From IMG/VR virus record IMGVR_UViG_3300031996_000001, positions 1-64,000 of that record: DNA of 64,000 nt; one strand, written 5' to 3'. The first letter of the stretch is position 1. Each line of letters opens with the position of its first letter. The notes beneath the pieces were generated by a model, which did not search any database, was not told the DNA's origin, and saw only the letters and a list, made by a program, of their open reading frames with translations. Made by a program: the position numbers and the translations under genes. Of the stretch, positions 26,039 through 35,024 are shown in pieces. The stretch is from a virus. Taxonomy: Duplodnaviria > Caudoviricetes.

Positions 26039-26256
26039 TCAAGGCCGTCGCCACTCAGAAGGACGGCAGCACGGCGGTGTTCCTGGGGCTGTCCCGGGAG
26101 AACGTCGACCGGCTGCTGGCCAACCAGCCGATCGCGGTCAAGCTGCGCGAGCTGCACCCGGACCTGCCCGACCTCACGGTCATCCTGCTGGGCGGGGAGA
26201 CCGAGGCGGACATCGCCGAGGACCTGCGGGTGCTCGGTCCGATGCCCTCTAGTTGA
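26035..26256 (+). CDS. Hypothetical protein
   Basis: FLGLSRENVDRLLANQPI motif; coupled. Confidence 0.7.
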   Translation: MIKAVATQKDGSTAVFLGLSRENVDRLLANQPIAVKLRELHPDLPDLTVILLGGETEADIAEDLRVLGPMPSS

Positions 26257-26282
26257 CATTGTTGACAAGCGTGCCATACCAT
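26252..26282 (+). promoter_or_regulatory. Promoter with tandem boxes
   Basis: GTTGACA-TT-GTTGACA; TTGACA-18-TACCAT-6-ATG. Confidence 0.8.
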
Positions 26283-26288
26283 GAGGGC

Positions 26289-26588
26289 ATGACGCAGATG
26301 GATGGCCCCAGCCTCGATGACCTCCTCCCCTTCCGGCACGTCGCTCAGGAGCAGCAGGACCTGATCCTCGGCCTGGACCACCTGGACGACGGCGAGAAGG
26401 CCAGCGTGCTGAGCACCCTGGACGACATCGCCAGCGGTGACTACTTCTGGCCGCGCACCGAGGAGCAGCTGCACGACTCGATGGCCGACGTCTACGGCCT
26501 CGTGCGCGGCTCGGACGGCCTCTGGCGGGACGCGCTGGTGCCCGATGGCAAGGGCGGCTGGGTGCTCGACCCGTCGGTGGTCGCGTGA
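26289..26588 (+). CDS. Hypothetical protein, leaderless (MTQ start)
   Basis: ATG 6 nt after -10. Confidence 0.65.
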   Translation: MTQMDGPSLDDLLPFRHVAQEQQDLILGLDHLDDGEKASVLSTLDDIASGDYFWPRTEEQLHDSMADVYGLVRGSDGLWRDALVPDGKGGWVLDPSVVA

Positions 26589-26995
26589 GCGCCAAGCCCC
26601 GCCCGCGCCCCTGCGCGTCCTGCCCCTACCGGCGGGACGTGCCCAGCGGCGTGTGGGCGGCCGAGGAGTACGAGAAGCTGCCCGGCTACGACGGGGACAC
26701 CGCCTACCAGCACCCCAGCGCCTTCTTCTGCCACGCGCAGGACGGCTCGGTCTGCTCGGGCTGGCTCGGGCACACCGACCCCTATCACCTGCTCGGGGTG
26801 CGCCTCGGGATCTCGATGGGGACCCTGGACCCGGCCTGCGCGGAGTACACGACCGACGTCCCGCTGTTCGCCAGCGGTCAAGAAGCGGCCGAGCACGGAG
26901 TCGCTGACATTCAAGATCCATCGCCGAAAGCGGCGGAGATCATTCGCAAGATCATTCACAAGCGACGGGTCGAAAGGCTGCGGGGAAAGCCATGA
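26585..26995 (+). CDS. DUF6283-like Cys-rich protein
   Basis: PCASCPYRRDVPSGVW..EEY.KL..YD....F.CH....CSGWL. Confidence 0.7.
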   Translation: MSAKPRPRPCASCPYRRDVPSGVWAAEEYEKLPGYDGDTAYQHPSAFFCHAQDGSVCSGWLGHTDPYHLLGVRLGISMGTLDPACAEYTTDVPLFASGQEAAEHGVADIQDPSPKAAEIIRKIIHKRRVERLRGKP

Positions 26996-27165
26996 TCAGC
27001 AAGGCCACGAAGTGGAAGTTCTTGGCGGTCAACGGCTGGTTGATCTTCTTCGGCGCCGTGATTGGTTGGTCTTCACCAACATTTCCGTGGGGCGTCTTGG
27101 CCATCGCCGTGGGACTCAGCTGCCTGGCTGTCTCGGCCACGCTGAAGGAGCGGGACCGGCACTGA
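26992..27165 (+). CDS. Small two-TM protein (not in ORF track)
   Basis: ATGA overlap; hand translation hydrophobic; lower GC3. Confidence 0.5.
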   Translation: MISKATKWKFLAVNGWLIFFGAVIGWSSPTFPWGVLAIAVGLSCLAVSATLKERDRH

Positions 27166-27238
27166 GCCGGAAGTTACCGGCGAGTCAGACGCCGCTTTGG
27201 CTTGTGGCCGTCTTAGTTGACATGGTCCCCTATTCAAC

Positions 27239-27502
27239 GTGGGCGCAGACACACCCCGACTTGGTCGCTACTTCGGAACGCAGGAGCAGGTGGATTCCTG
27301 GCAGGGAGACTGCACAGCGAAGCACCCAACCTTCGGTGTGCTCTGCCTTCTCAGTGGTCACCCGCACCGCGTCAGCCACTTCGCTAGAGGCGTCACAGAC
27401 GACGGCCAGATGTGGCAGTTGCACTGGTGGCTACCGCGCGCTCAGCACGAAGCGCCGGACATGAAGGCCGACCACGTTCCGGAGTGGGCCGAGGTCATCT
27501 AG
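27239..27502 (+). CDS. Hypothetical protein, atypical codons
   Basis: Preceded by GTTGACA-8-TATTCA. Confidence 0.45.
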   Translation: MGADTPRLGRYFGTQEQVDSWQGDCTAKHPTFGVLCLLSGHPHRVSHFARGVTDDGQMWQLHWWLPRAQHEAPDMKADHVPEWAEVI

Positions 27503-27589
27503 GCCATCTCGTAGGCTGTCCAGCACAGACGGGTTGACCCCAAAGGTGCTCGGCTGCTCTGTCCCTTCGAGCAGCTGGAGGCTGCCCGC

Positions 27590-27859
27590 ATGTCAACCAC
27601 TGTCGCCGCCCGCTTCTACGTCGCCGAGGTCCACAAGAAGGCCTACGGCGGCCCCGGCACCGAGCCCCAGCGCGACGTCAAGCTCCAGGCCGCCACGCGC
27701 GGCGAGGAGAACAAGTCCTGGGCGCAGTACACCCCCAGCGGCTGGATCACCATGACGGTCAACGGCCCGGCCGGTGAGTGGTTCGAGGAGAACCTGGGCC
27801 GCGACATCGCGGTCAGCTTCGCGGTGGCCGAGGAGGCCGGGCCGACGAAGTTCAGCTAG
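27590..27859 (+). CDS. Conserved phage hypothetical protein
   Basis: EENKSWAQYTPSG.I.MTV..PA motif. Confidence 0.75.
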   Translation: MSTTVAARFYVAEVHKKAYGGPGTEPQRDVKLQAATRGEENKSWAQYTPSGWITMTVNGPAGEWFEENLGRDIAVSFAVAEEAGPTKFS

Positions 27860-28023
27860 AGCTTGGCGAAGGTGCTGAACTCGCTGACCGCCATCGCGGT
27901 GACCCCGTCGACCCGGGGGCCGTGCCAGTAGCGGTAGCGCTCCAGCGCCTTCAGGAACGCCCGGCAGGCCGGGGGCAGGCAGAGACCTGCCCCCGGCCTT
28001 CCTGCGGCTCTGGGGGCGCTCAC
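27856..28023 (-). CDS. Small hypothetical protein
   Basis: GTGA coupling. Confidence 0.4.
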   Translation of the reverse strand: MSAPRAAGRPGAGLCLPPACRAFLKALERYRYWHGPRVDGVTAMAVSEFSTFAKL

Positions 28024-28403
28024 GCGGCGAGCGCGTGGGCTTCGGGGTGCGGGCACCGCTTGGTGACCGTCACCGAGGCGACCTTGACCGTGACCACGCC
28101 GGACCAGACCAGGGACACCGCGTGCGTGCGGTCCCGGGCGCCGATCTTGGCCATCACGTTGCGCAGGTGGCTCTTGACCGTGTCCTCGGACAGGCCGTAG
28201 TCCCGGGCGATCATCCGGTTGGACTTGCCCTCGCACAGCGACTCCAGGACGGCGCGCTCCATCCGGGTGACCAGCACCTGCAGGCTCGGGCCCCGGTGCA
28301 GCTCGGGCTCCCAGTCCTCCAGGTCGGCGATCTCCTCGGCGCCCAGCGGCGTCCCCTTGGGGGTGCGCATCGGCGGCCGGGGCTTGGGCGCCAGGACCTT
28401 CAT
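28020..28403 (-). CDS. LuxR-family HTH regulator
   Basis: TRMERAVLESLCEGKSNRMIARDYGLSEDTVKSHLRNVMAKIGARDRTHAV. Confidence 0.88.
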   Translation of the reverse strand: MKVLAPKPRPPMRTPKGTPLGAEEIADLEDWEPELHRGPSLQVLVTRMERAVLESLCEGKSNRMIARDYGLSEDTVKSHLRNVMAKIGARDRTHAVSLVWSGVVTVKVASVTVTKRCPHPEAHALAA

Positions 28404-28576
28404 CGCTCCACCCGCCGGTTGACATGGGACTTGCACTGCGGGCAGGCGTCCCGGTTGCCGACGGGCATGATGCCGTCGCTGTCGATGTGCAGCACGGGGA
28501 ACCGCATCAGCGTGTGGTCCCCGCAGGTACGGCACCACAGGCCGAGCGTGGGCTCCCCCAGCTCGATGGTCTTCAC
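28400..28576 (-). CDS. Small Zn-finger protein (not in ORF track)
   Basis: Hand translation with WCRTC...ACPQC; ATGA coupling. Confidence 0.6.
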   Translation of the reverse strand: MKTIELGEPTLGLWCRTCGDHTLMRFPVLHIDSDGIMPVGNRDACPQCKSHVNRRVER

Positions 28577-28589
28577 GCGGCGCAGTCTC

Positions 28590-29180
28590 TCAGTGACGCA
28601 CGGTCGTCAGGTGCCGCTGCCGCTCGAACTGCAGGTAGGCGCGCGAGGCCTGCGGCCCCTCCTGGCCTTGGTAGTGGCTGCCCAGGATCTTGGAGCCGTA
28701 GGGGTTCTCCGCCCGGCTGGTCAGGTCGAAGAAGCACACCTGGCCGATGAACATCCCCGGCCACAGCAGCACCGGGCGCGGCGCGACGTTCTTCAGCTCC
28801 AGGGTCACGTAGCCGTCGAAGCCGGGGTCGATGAAGCCAGCGGTGGAGTGCACCTCGATGCCCAGGCGGCCGATCGAGGACTTGCCCTCCAGCCGCCCGG
28901 CGATGTTGTCCGGCAGTGTCAACCGCTCGACCGTGCTGCCCAGCGCGAAGGCGCCCGGCGCCAGCTGGAAGGCGTCCCCGTCCTCGACGTCGATGGTCAG
29001 CATCGACTCGGAGACCTTCGGGTCGATGGGGAGGTTGTCGGGTCCGCCGAACATCAGGAACCGGGCGTCCAGCCGGACGTCGACCGAGCACGGCTGCATC
29101 GCGCGCGGCGCGGCCGGGGAGATGGAGATCTGCCGGTTCTCGACGGCGCGGGCGATGTCGCGGTCACTCAGCATGGACAT
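28590..29180 (-). CDS. dcd: dCTP deaminase
   Basis: MLSDRDI, QPCSVDVRL, EGKSSIGRLG, TAGFIDPGFDG.VTLEL, Y GQ. Confidence 0.93.
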   Translation of the reverse strand: MSMLSDRDIARAVENRQISISPAAPRAMQPCSVDVRLDARFLMFGGPDNLPIDPKVSESMLTIDVEDGDAFQLAPGAFALGSTVERLTLPDNIAGRLEGKSSIGRLGIEVHSTAGFIDPGFDGYVTLELKNVAPRPVLLWPGMFIGQVCFFDLTSRAENPYGSKILGSHYQGQEGPQASRAYLQFERQRHLTTVRH

Positions 29181-29911
29181 CAGCCCTGCTCCTCGCGGAC
29201 CTTGCGCACGCGCAGGTCGAACATCGCGCCGCCGGGCAGGCCGGAGCGCACCAGGGCGCCCTGGCTGGTGGCCAGGATCGCGGCCTGTCCCAGGGTCAGC
29301 CGGGTGCGCAGGCCGGGGCCCTCGTGGAACCACTTGCCCGCGCGCTCGTAGCGGACCACCTCGGTCCCGTCGGCCAGCTGCGCGTGGATCCGCCGGTCGG
29401 TCTGGAGCGGCAGGGCGGCAGCGGCCTGCCGCGCCTCGCGCTCGATCTGCTCCATCAGCTGCGCCACGGTCATGTCCAGCGGCGACGTCGGCGGAGCGGT
29501 TGACACGGGTGTTGCCTGTTGCGCAACAAGCAACAGCTGGTTCCGGTCGGCCGCGATCATCTCGGGCGAGATCGCGGCCAGCTCGGTGGTCTCGGCGGCG
29601 ATCCGCCGGTCGTTGCTCTCGCGCAGCCGGGCGTAGGGCGCCGGACGCGGCGGCGGTACCGGGATGTTGACCTGCGTCGGCGCCACGACCCCGGGCATCT
29701 TGACCTGGCCGGGGCCCTTGGCGACGTGCGGGCTGCCGGAGTGCCGGATGCGCAGGGCGTCGCGCTGCACCTCGGAGGCCGACAGCGCCCGCCGGATGAC
29801 GGTGTCCGGGCCGGGGCTCGGCTTCTTGCGGGTCAGGTGCCAGGCCAGCGCGCCCAACAGCGCGAGGATCAGCACACCCAGCACGATCAGCACCAGGTGG
29901 TGCGCGGTCAT
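29180..29911 (-). CDS. Membrane-anchored hypothetical protein
   Basis: N-terminal TM segment; C-terminal VVRYERAGKWF domain. Confidence 0.65.
   Translation of the reverse strand: MTAHHLVLIVLGVLILALLGALAWHLTRKKPSPGPDTVIRRALSASEVQRDALRIRHSGSPHVAKGPGQVKMPGVVAPTQVNIPVPPPRPAPYARLRESNDRRIAAETTELAAISPEMIAADRNQLLLVAQQATPVSTAPPTSPLDMTVAQLMEQIEREARQAAAALPLQTDRRIHAQLADGTEVVRYERAGKWFHEGPGLRTRLTLGQAAILATSQGALVRSGLPGGAMFDLRVRKVREEQG
29510..29535. repeat. 26-bp near-perfect palindrome inside CDS
   Basis: TGTTGC-C-TGTTGCGCAACA-A-GCAACA, next to box at 29498. Confidence 0.85.
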
Positions 29912-29912
29912 C

Positions 29913-30323
29913 TCAGCTCCAGTCGTCTGCGTCGTCCATCGGGATCAGCTCGGCGTCGATGACGCCGTCGCTCAGACCCTCGACGTCCTCGGGGTAGGCA
30001 CTCTCGGTGATGTCGCTCGGCATCAGCGCGGGCGCCAGCGCGGCGAGCTTGTTGCGGATGACCTCGGCCGGGGAGAGCTGCTGGGTCTCGTTGCCCTCGC
30101 TCGGCTGGACCCGGAAGTGGACCTCCTTGGGCGGCGCGAGGCCGACCCGGTCCAGGATCGCCTGGGAGGCCTGCACCCGGGCGATCTCGCTCTTGCCGTT
30201 CTCGGCGATGTCAACCAGCGCATCGGCGGCCGTGGGGGCGCCGTGCGCGAGGATCGACCAGGCGGAGCGCACGGCCGAGATCGCCGAGGACTGGTCACCC
30301 TTGGCGACCGGCTCGTTGCTCAC
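29913..30323 (-). CDS. Possible terminase small subunit-like protein, leaderless
   Basis: A.DALV.IA......RVQASQAILDRVG pattern; CATACT-6-GTG. Confidence 0.45.
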   Translation of the reverse strand: MSNEPVAKGDQSSAISAVRSAWSILAHGAPTAADALVDIAENGKSEIARVQASQAILDRVGLAPPKEVHFRVQPSEGNETQQLSPAEVIRNKLAALAPALMPSDITESAYPEDVEGLSDGVIDAELIPMDDADDWS

Positions 30324-30385
30324 CGTTCGAGTATGAGGGCAGGCGTCAACGCCCCGTGTTCCGCCGGGGCGTCGGCGTGTCGGGC

Positions 30386-30850
30386 TCAGAGGCCGCGCGC
30401 GTACCCGTCCGAACCCACGAGGGACTTCAGCTGCTCGACCGGCACGCCGGTCATCGTGACCACCCGCTCGATGTGGTAGCCCTGCTTGATCAGGTGCCGG
30501 GCCTCGGCGGGCGTCCAGCTGATCGGCGCGGGCTTGGTCTCGCGGCTCGGGGTCTTGGCGGGGGCGGGGGTCTCGGTCATCTGCGTCTCCTCGATCGGTT
30601 CCGGGCGGTAGGGGATGTGGGTCTGGCCATCCAGCTGCGCGTCCAGCGCCGCCAGCGCCCGCTCAGCGGCCTCGCGCTCCTGGCGCGCTCTCACCAGTCG
30701 CCCGTCGGTGGCCAGCCGCGTCTGGCGGCGTACAGCGGGGTCGTTCTTCTTGTTGCGGCCCCAGCTCGACCCGTGGGTGCCGACCTCGCGGCGCTGCTGC
30801 TTGCTCGACCCGCGCTCGTCGCGCTTGCGGCGTCCGGCGTCCTTCGCCAT
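30386..30850 (-). CDS. Basic hypothetical protein (possible internal start at 30580)
   Basis: Coupled; GAGGAG RBS before ATG 30580. Confidence 0.55.
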   Translation of the reverse strand: MAKDAGRRKRDERGSSKQQRREVGTHGSSWGRNKKNDPAVRRQTRLATDGRLVRARQEREAAERALAALDAQLDGQTHIPYRPEPIEETQMTETPAPAKTPSRETKPAPISWTPAEARHLIKQGYHIERVVTMTGVPVEQLKSLVGSDGYARGL

Positions 30851-31305
30851 CAGCGGCGCACCGGTGCGGGGATCGTCGTGCGCTTCGCGGCCATGCCCGA
30901 CAGCTCCTCGGCGTGCATCTCGCGCTGCAGCTCCAGCTTGCGGCGGGCCCAGGGCTCCAGCTTCGGATCGGTCAGCTGCTCGTCCAGCGCGGCGATCTGG
31001 GAGCGGACCTCCTCGGCCCTGGCGCGGCGCTGCGCGATCACCGGGCCGATCCAGAAGCGCCAGGTCACGAACGGCAGGAAGGTGCCCAGCAGGCCGCTGA
31101 TGAACCAGACGGCCCACATCGCCCAGCTGTGGTCCAGCGGTGTGCCGTCCACGGCCAGGTCGACCAGGGCGAGCACCAGGACGATGGCCGACCACATCCA
31201 GGCCCGCCACTGTGTCAACCAGTAGTGCGTGCCGGAGCGGTAGTCCCAGCGGATCGCGCGGGGACGGGGGACGAAGCGGAAGCAGTTGATGCTGATGGAT
31301 CGCAT
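30850..31305 (-). CDS. Membrane protein with coiled coil
   Basis: Two TM segments then helical region. Confidence 0.6.
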   Translation of the reverse strand: MRSISINCFRFVPRPRAIRWDYRSGTHYWLTQWRAWMWSAIVLVLALVDLAVDGTPLDHSWAMWAVWFISGLLGTFLPFVTWRFWIGPVIAQRRARAEEVRSQIAALDEQLTDPKLEPWARRKLELQREMHAEELSGMAAKRTTIPAPVRR

Positions 31306-31348
31306 GACTGAGGTGTGAGTGCTCTCTGGGAAGGCAGCGCCGGATGTC

Positions 31349-32398
31349 TCAACGCTGCAGGGAGTAGACCTTCTCGGACACGATGAGCGGACGGCCCTCG
31401 GGTCCCTTGGTGTACGGCGCGATCCACACCCGGACGCGGAACCGCGTCGGGTCCTCGGGGTACGGCTCGGCCAGCGGGTGGTTCGGCCCGCACGCCCGCC
31501 ACGCGGGGTGGCCACGGACGACCCACCGATGGTGCCACTCGACCAGCGACTCGCCCTCGGCCCGCGCGGTCTTGCGGTTGCGCAGCCGGATCACGACGAC
31601 GCGCGGCGGGATGTTGGCCCGCCCGGCGCGCTTGCGGAACGGCCGGGGGACGTCGGCCGGGCCGATGTCGGTGACGGTCTGGTTGCACAGCAGCCAGAAG
31701 GCGTGGATCAGCCGGGTCAGGTTGCTGTACTCGACCGGCACCCCGCCCTCGGCCAGGATCGTCTCGATCTTGGCCTCCGGTGCGGGCTGCCAGGCCGGGC
31801 CCAGCCGCTGCTGGTCGGTGATCGACTGCGCGCCGGTGAAGCCCCAGCGGCCCTGCAGCTGGTTGCGCAGCGCCTCGACCTCGGGCTCGTCGCGGGCCAG
31901 CTCCAGGGCGACCTGGTCGGGCTCCTCCCGGTGGTCGTTGAACATCCAGAGCATCGTCCACTCGGTGGGCTCCCCGGAGTCGTGACGACGGCTCTCGGCG
32001 ATGATCGGGCCCCAGACGATCCAGGAGATCCGCATCTGCTTGCCGCGCACGTCCTGGAAGGGCAGGCCGCCCTCGAACCGGGCGATGCCCGCCCGGGTCG
32101 GCATCATCAGCCGGTTGATCCGGTCGGTCTCGTCCAGCTGCGTGGCGGCGAAGGAGACCAGGCTGGTCATGTCGGCGGTGACGTGGAAGCACTCCGCCTC
32201 GGGCAGCACCCGGCGCAGCGTCTCGATGGTGACGGCGGCGTTGTTGCGCGCCCGCGACTCGTCCAGGCCCTCCTTGGCCGCGATGTCGGAGTCCTTGAAG
32301 TCCAGGAACACCTGGTGGCGCCAGGCGCCCTTCAACGTCGGGTTCTCCAGCCGGGCCATCAGGTCGGCCTTGTGGTCCAGCAGCTCCGGCGGGTTCAT
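31349..32398 (-). CDS. Conserved actinophage hypothetical protein
   Basis: C-terminal WVVRGH..WR.CGP.....RVWIAPYTKGPEG.P. Confidence 0.8.
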   Translation of the reverse strand: MNPPELLDHKADLMARLENPTLKGAWRHQVFLDFKDSDIAAKEGLDESRARNNAAVTIETLRRVLPEAECFHVTADMTSLVSFAATQLDETDRINRLMMPTRAGIARFEGGLPFQDVRGKQMRISWIVWGPIIAESRRHDSGEPTEWTMLWMFNDHREEPDQVALELARDEPEVEALRNQLQGRWGFTGAQSITDQQRLGPAWQPAPEAKIETILAEGGVPVEYSNLTRLIHAFWLLCNQTVTDIGPADVPRPFRKRAGRANIPPRVVVIRLRNRKTARAEGESLVEWHHRWVVRGHPAWRACGPNHPLAEPYPEDPTRFRVRVWIAPYTKGPEGRPLIVSEKVYSLQR

Positions 32399-32589
32399 CA
32401 GACGGTCCGCAGGTACTCGGCGAAGCCCTCGTGGTCGCCCTCGTAGCTGCCCAGGCCGAAGGCCAGGCTCGGCAGGTCCTCGCCGTAGACCTTGCCGTCG
32501 CGGCGGGCCACACGGACGGTGTTCAGGTCGTTCTCCCGCAGGAAGTCGGCGGTGACCTGGCTGGTGGGGATGATCCCTGTCTGCGTCAT
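32398..32589 (-). CDS. Hypothetical protein, leaderless (MTQT)
   Basis: CATACT-6-ATG. Confidence 0.7.
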   Translation of the reverse strand: MTQTGIIPTSQVTADFLRENDLNTVRVARRDGKVYGEDLPSLAFGLGSYEGDHEGFAEYLRTV

Positions 32590-32595
32590 GCCCTT

Positions 32596-32625
32596 AGTAT
32601 GCCATGCCTGTCAACAGTGTCAACA
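32596..32625 (-). promoter_or_regulatory. Promoter with tandem boxes
   Basis: GTTGACA-CT-GTTGACA...CATACT. Confidence 0.8.
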
Positions 32626-32634
32626 CGGGGGCCA

Positions 32635-33207
32635 TCAGTGCCACCGGCGTGTCTCGGAGTCGGTGTTCGCCACGGAGGCGTCGACCTTGGCCCGCAGCGG
32701 GTCCAGCCGCACCGGCCCGGCCTGGTGCTTGCGCACCTCGCGGTAGAGCCGCTTCAGGCTCTCCTCCAGCGCGGGCAGCGGCACCTCTTGCCCGTTGCGC
32801 ACTGCGCTCGACTGCGCCGCGCGCCGTGTCAACCGGGGCCAGTCGCCCCGGTTGATCAGGTCCGCGCAGACGCCGCAGGCGCTCCAGGCGTTGGTGGACC
32901 CCCAGTCGGTGATCGTCCGGTCCAGCCGCATCGGCATCTCGAAGTCGGCGACCGGCAGCTCCCAGACCACGCCCTCGTAGGTCAGGCAGAAGTCGCAGCG
33001 CAGCCGGACGTTGGCCTCGCCCAGCACGGAGTACGGGATCGGCTCGACCGCGTGGTTGACACCCTCGTCGCGGTCGGGCTCGGTGTGGTCCCAGACGACG
33101 CCGTGCACGGTGCGCTTCTTGGTCACCGGGTCGACGGTGACGTCCTCCAGCCGCTCCAGGGACCGCCTGCACACGCGGCAGGCCATCCACTCCTCCATCG
33201 GGCCCAT
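32635..33207 (-). CDS. Zn-binding hypothetical protein
   Basis: CRVC, CDFC, W.ACGVCADLI..GDW. Confidence 0.7.
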   Translation of the reverse strand: MGPMEEWMACRVCRRSLERLEDVTVDPVTKKRTVHGVVWDHTEPDRDEGVNHAVEPIPYSVLGEANVRLRCDFCLTYEGVVWELPVADFEMPMRLDRTITDWGSTNAWSACGVCADLINRGDWPRLTRRAAQSSAVRNGQEVPLPALEESLKRLYREVRKHQAGPVRLDPLRAKVDASVANTDSETRRWH

Positions 33208-33230
33208 CGTCGGCCCGGGGCGGGGTCCGG

Positions 33231-33635
33231 TCACGACCAGCCCAGGCGCCGGTGGTCGGAGTCGACGGGGGCGTTCAGCGGGTCGATGGCGTCCGGGCGG
33301 TCGAACTCGCGCATCTCGACGCTCTGCACCGGGCTGCTCAGCAGCATCCCGGAGCCGTCGGGCATCTCGCAGACCATGAACATCCCCTCGGTCAGCTCCT
33401 CGCGCTTGACCGCCTCGCGCCAGGGCAGCACCAGGGTGTTGGTCTTGCGGCCCTCCTCGTCGGTGAAGCCGATGATCCGGCGGGGCTCGGTGTAGCCGCC
33501 CAGGTGGTTGGGGATGACGCCGTCGCTGGCCCAGGCGTGCACCGGGTAGGGCAGCTTGGTCAGCTCGGTGCCGTCGTCCAGGACGTGGTCCACGACCGGC
33601 GCGGGCTGCAGGGTGATCAGGTTCTCGCGGCTCAC
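33231..33635 (-). CDS. Hypothetical protein
   Basis: GTGA coupling, coding-like codons. Confidence 0.65.
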   Translation of the reverse strand: MSRENLITLQPAPVVDHVLDDGTELTKLPYPVHAWASDGVIPNHLGGYTEPRRIIGFTDEEGRKTNTLVLPWREAVKREELTEGMFMVCEMPDGSGMLLSSPVQSVEMREFDRPDAIDPLNAPVDSDHRRLGWS

Positions 33636-34129
33636 AGGTGCTCCTCGATGTCGTCGGCGGCGTAGGGCTCGCCGGTGTAGGGGCGGATCTCGGACGGTGC
33701 GTCGAACAGGCGGCGATTGACACCGAGGAAGCGGTGCAGGCGGCCCAGCTCCTGGTCCTTGTCCCGCCAGGGGCGGCCGTCGAAGCGGAGCAGGTCCCAC
33801 TTGCTGTCCACCGGCGGCCGGGACGGCTTGTGCTCCCAGGACTTGCGGGCCCGGTAGCGGAAGTGCCACCGCTCGACCAGCAGCTGGACGGCGTCCTTCT
33901 TGGTCCGGACGTCCTTGGCGATCAGCTCCAGGCCGTTGACCGGGTCGTTCGGGATCGTCATCCAGACGTCCCAGGTGACCAGCCGGGACACGCTGCCGAT
34001 CGGCCACTCCGGGCCCCAGCGGTCGATGAACACCGTGGAGGCCTCGCCGTTCTTGATCGCGTGCACGCCTCGGTAGACGGCCACGGGGTCGCCCCCGGGG
34101 TCGCCCGGCTCGTAGACGGTGATGATCAC
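33632..34129 (-). CDS. Hypothetical protein
   Basis: GTGA coupling. Confidence 0.65.
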   Translation of the reverse strand: MIITVYEPGDPGGDPVAVYRGVHAIKNGEASTVFIDRWGPEWPIGSVSRLVTWDVWMTIPNDPVNGLELIAKDVRTKKDAVQLLVERWHFRYRARKSWEHKPSRPPVDSKWDLLRFDGRPWRDKDQELGRLHRFLGVNRRLFDAPSEIRPYTGEPYAADDIEEHL

Positions 34130-34347
34130 GCGGTCCCCCTCGGCACCGCGTAGCGGGTGCGGCCGTCCTCGGTGAACCGCACGCAGCCGCACACCGGGCA
34201 GGTCTGGCTCTCGCCCTCGGCGGGGAAGTCGGTGACCGGGAACGGCGTCCCGGGCTTCCCGCCCCAGTTGTGCCCGTCCTTGCGGCACGCCTCGACCGGC
34301 GGCCAGGGGCCGTACCAAGCCTCGTTCTCGGCCGTCCACGCGGGCAT
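34126..34347 (-). CDS. Small Zn-ribbon protein
   Basis: CRKDGHNW...CPVCGC. Confidence 0.6.
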   Translation of the reverse strand: MPAWTAENEAWYGPWPPVEACRKDGHNWGGKPGTPFPVTDFPAEGESQTCPVCGCVRFTEDGRTRYAVPRGTA

Positions 34348-34418
34348 CAGGGCTGCCGCCCCAGGCCGTCCATCAGGTGCAGGACGACGAACAGCGCGGC
34401 CAGCGCCAGCAGGATCAC
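34347..34418 (-). CDS. 23-aa hydrophobic peptide
   Basis: GTGA overlap with 34415-34531. Confidence 0.35.
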   Translation of the reverse strand: MILLALAALFVVLHLMDGLGRQP

Positions 34419-34531
34419 CGGTGGCCCCGCAGCGTCCAGAAGACGTGCACGGCGAAGAACGGGACCGCGTGCTGGGTCCACCAGGGCTGCGCCCGGTCGG
34501 CGGCGGGGTCGGGGAACACTGTCTGCGTCAC
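34415..34531 (-). CDS. 38-aa leaderless peptide (MTQTVFPD...)
   Basis: TATAGT-6-GTG; not in ORF track. Confidence 0.55.
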   Translation of the reverse strand: MTQTVFPDPAADRAQPWWTQHAVPFFAVHVFWTLRGHR

Positions 34532-34537
34532 GCATTG

Positions 34538-34569
34538 ACTATAAGTCGGGAGTGTCAACAGTGTCAACA
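34538..34569 (-). promoter_or_regulatory. Promoter with tandem boxes
   Basis: TTGACA-18-TATAGT; boxes at 34553 and 34562. Confidence 0.8.
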
Positions 34570-35024
34570 GGGAGCACTCCCCGGTGTGTCCCGTCCACCG
34601 GCGGGGCCAGCACGTCCTTCAGCCGGGCGTCGCCGACCCACACGCCGCGCTCGATGTTGGTGGCCAGGTGGTTCAGCAGGTCGGCGAAGTTCCAGCTCAG
34701 CCGGTTGAACACGGTGTCCGACGTGCGCGGGTTGTCCAGCCGCCGCTTGACCTCCAGCAGCCGCTCCACGGTGACCTCGTAGGTGCTCGGCAGCTTGGGC
34801 GGCGGCGCCGGGGTGTAGCGGGCGAACAGCGTGCGCAGCTCCATCTCGTCGGCCGCGCTGCGTGTCTCCTGCTTGGTCAGGTCGGTGTAGCGCTTGACCC
34901 CGATCAGCCAGGCGTCGGCCCGGTCGTTCTGCTTGGGCATGGCCACCTCGATGCCCTGCTCGCGCAGCATCCGGTCCTGCCAGGCCTCGACCGTCTCGCC
35001 CTCGCCCCAGGCCATGTCAACCAC
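34539..35024 (-). CDS. Hypothetical protein
   Basis: Coding-like; 3' end overlaps promoter boxes. Confidence 0.6.
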   Translation of the reverse strand: MVDMAWGEGETVEAWQDRMLREQGIEVAMPKQNDRADAWLIGVKRYTDLTKQETRSAADEMELRTLFARYTPAPPPKLPSTYEVTVERLLEVKRRLDNPRTSDTVFNRLSWNFADLLNHLATNIERGVWVGDARLKDVLAPPVDGTHRGVLPVDTVDTPDL

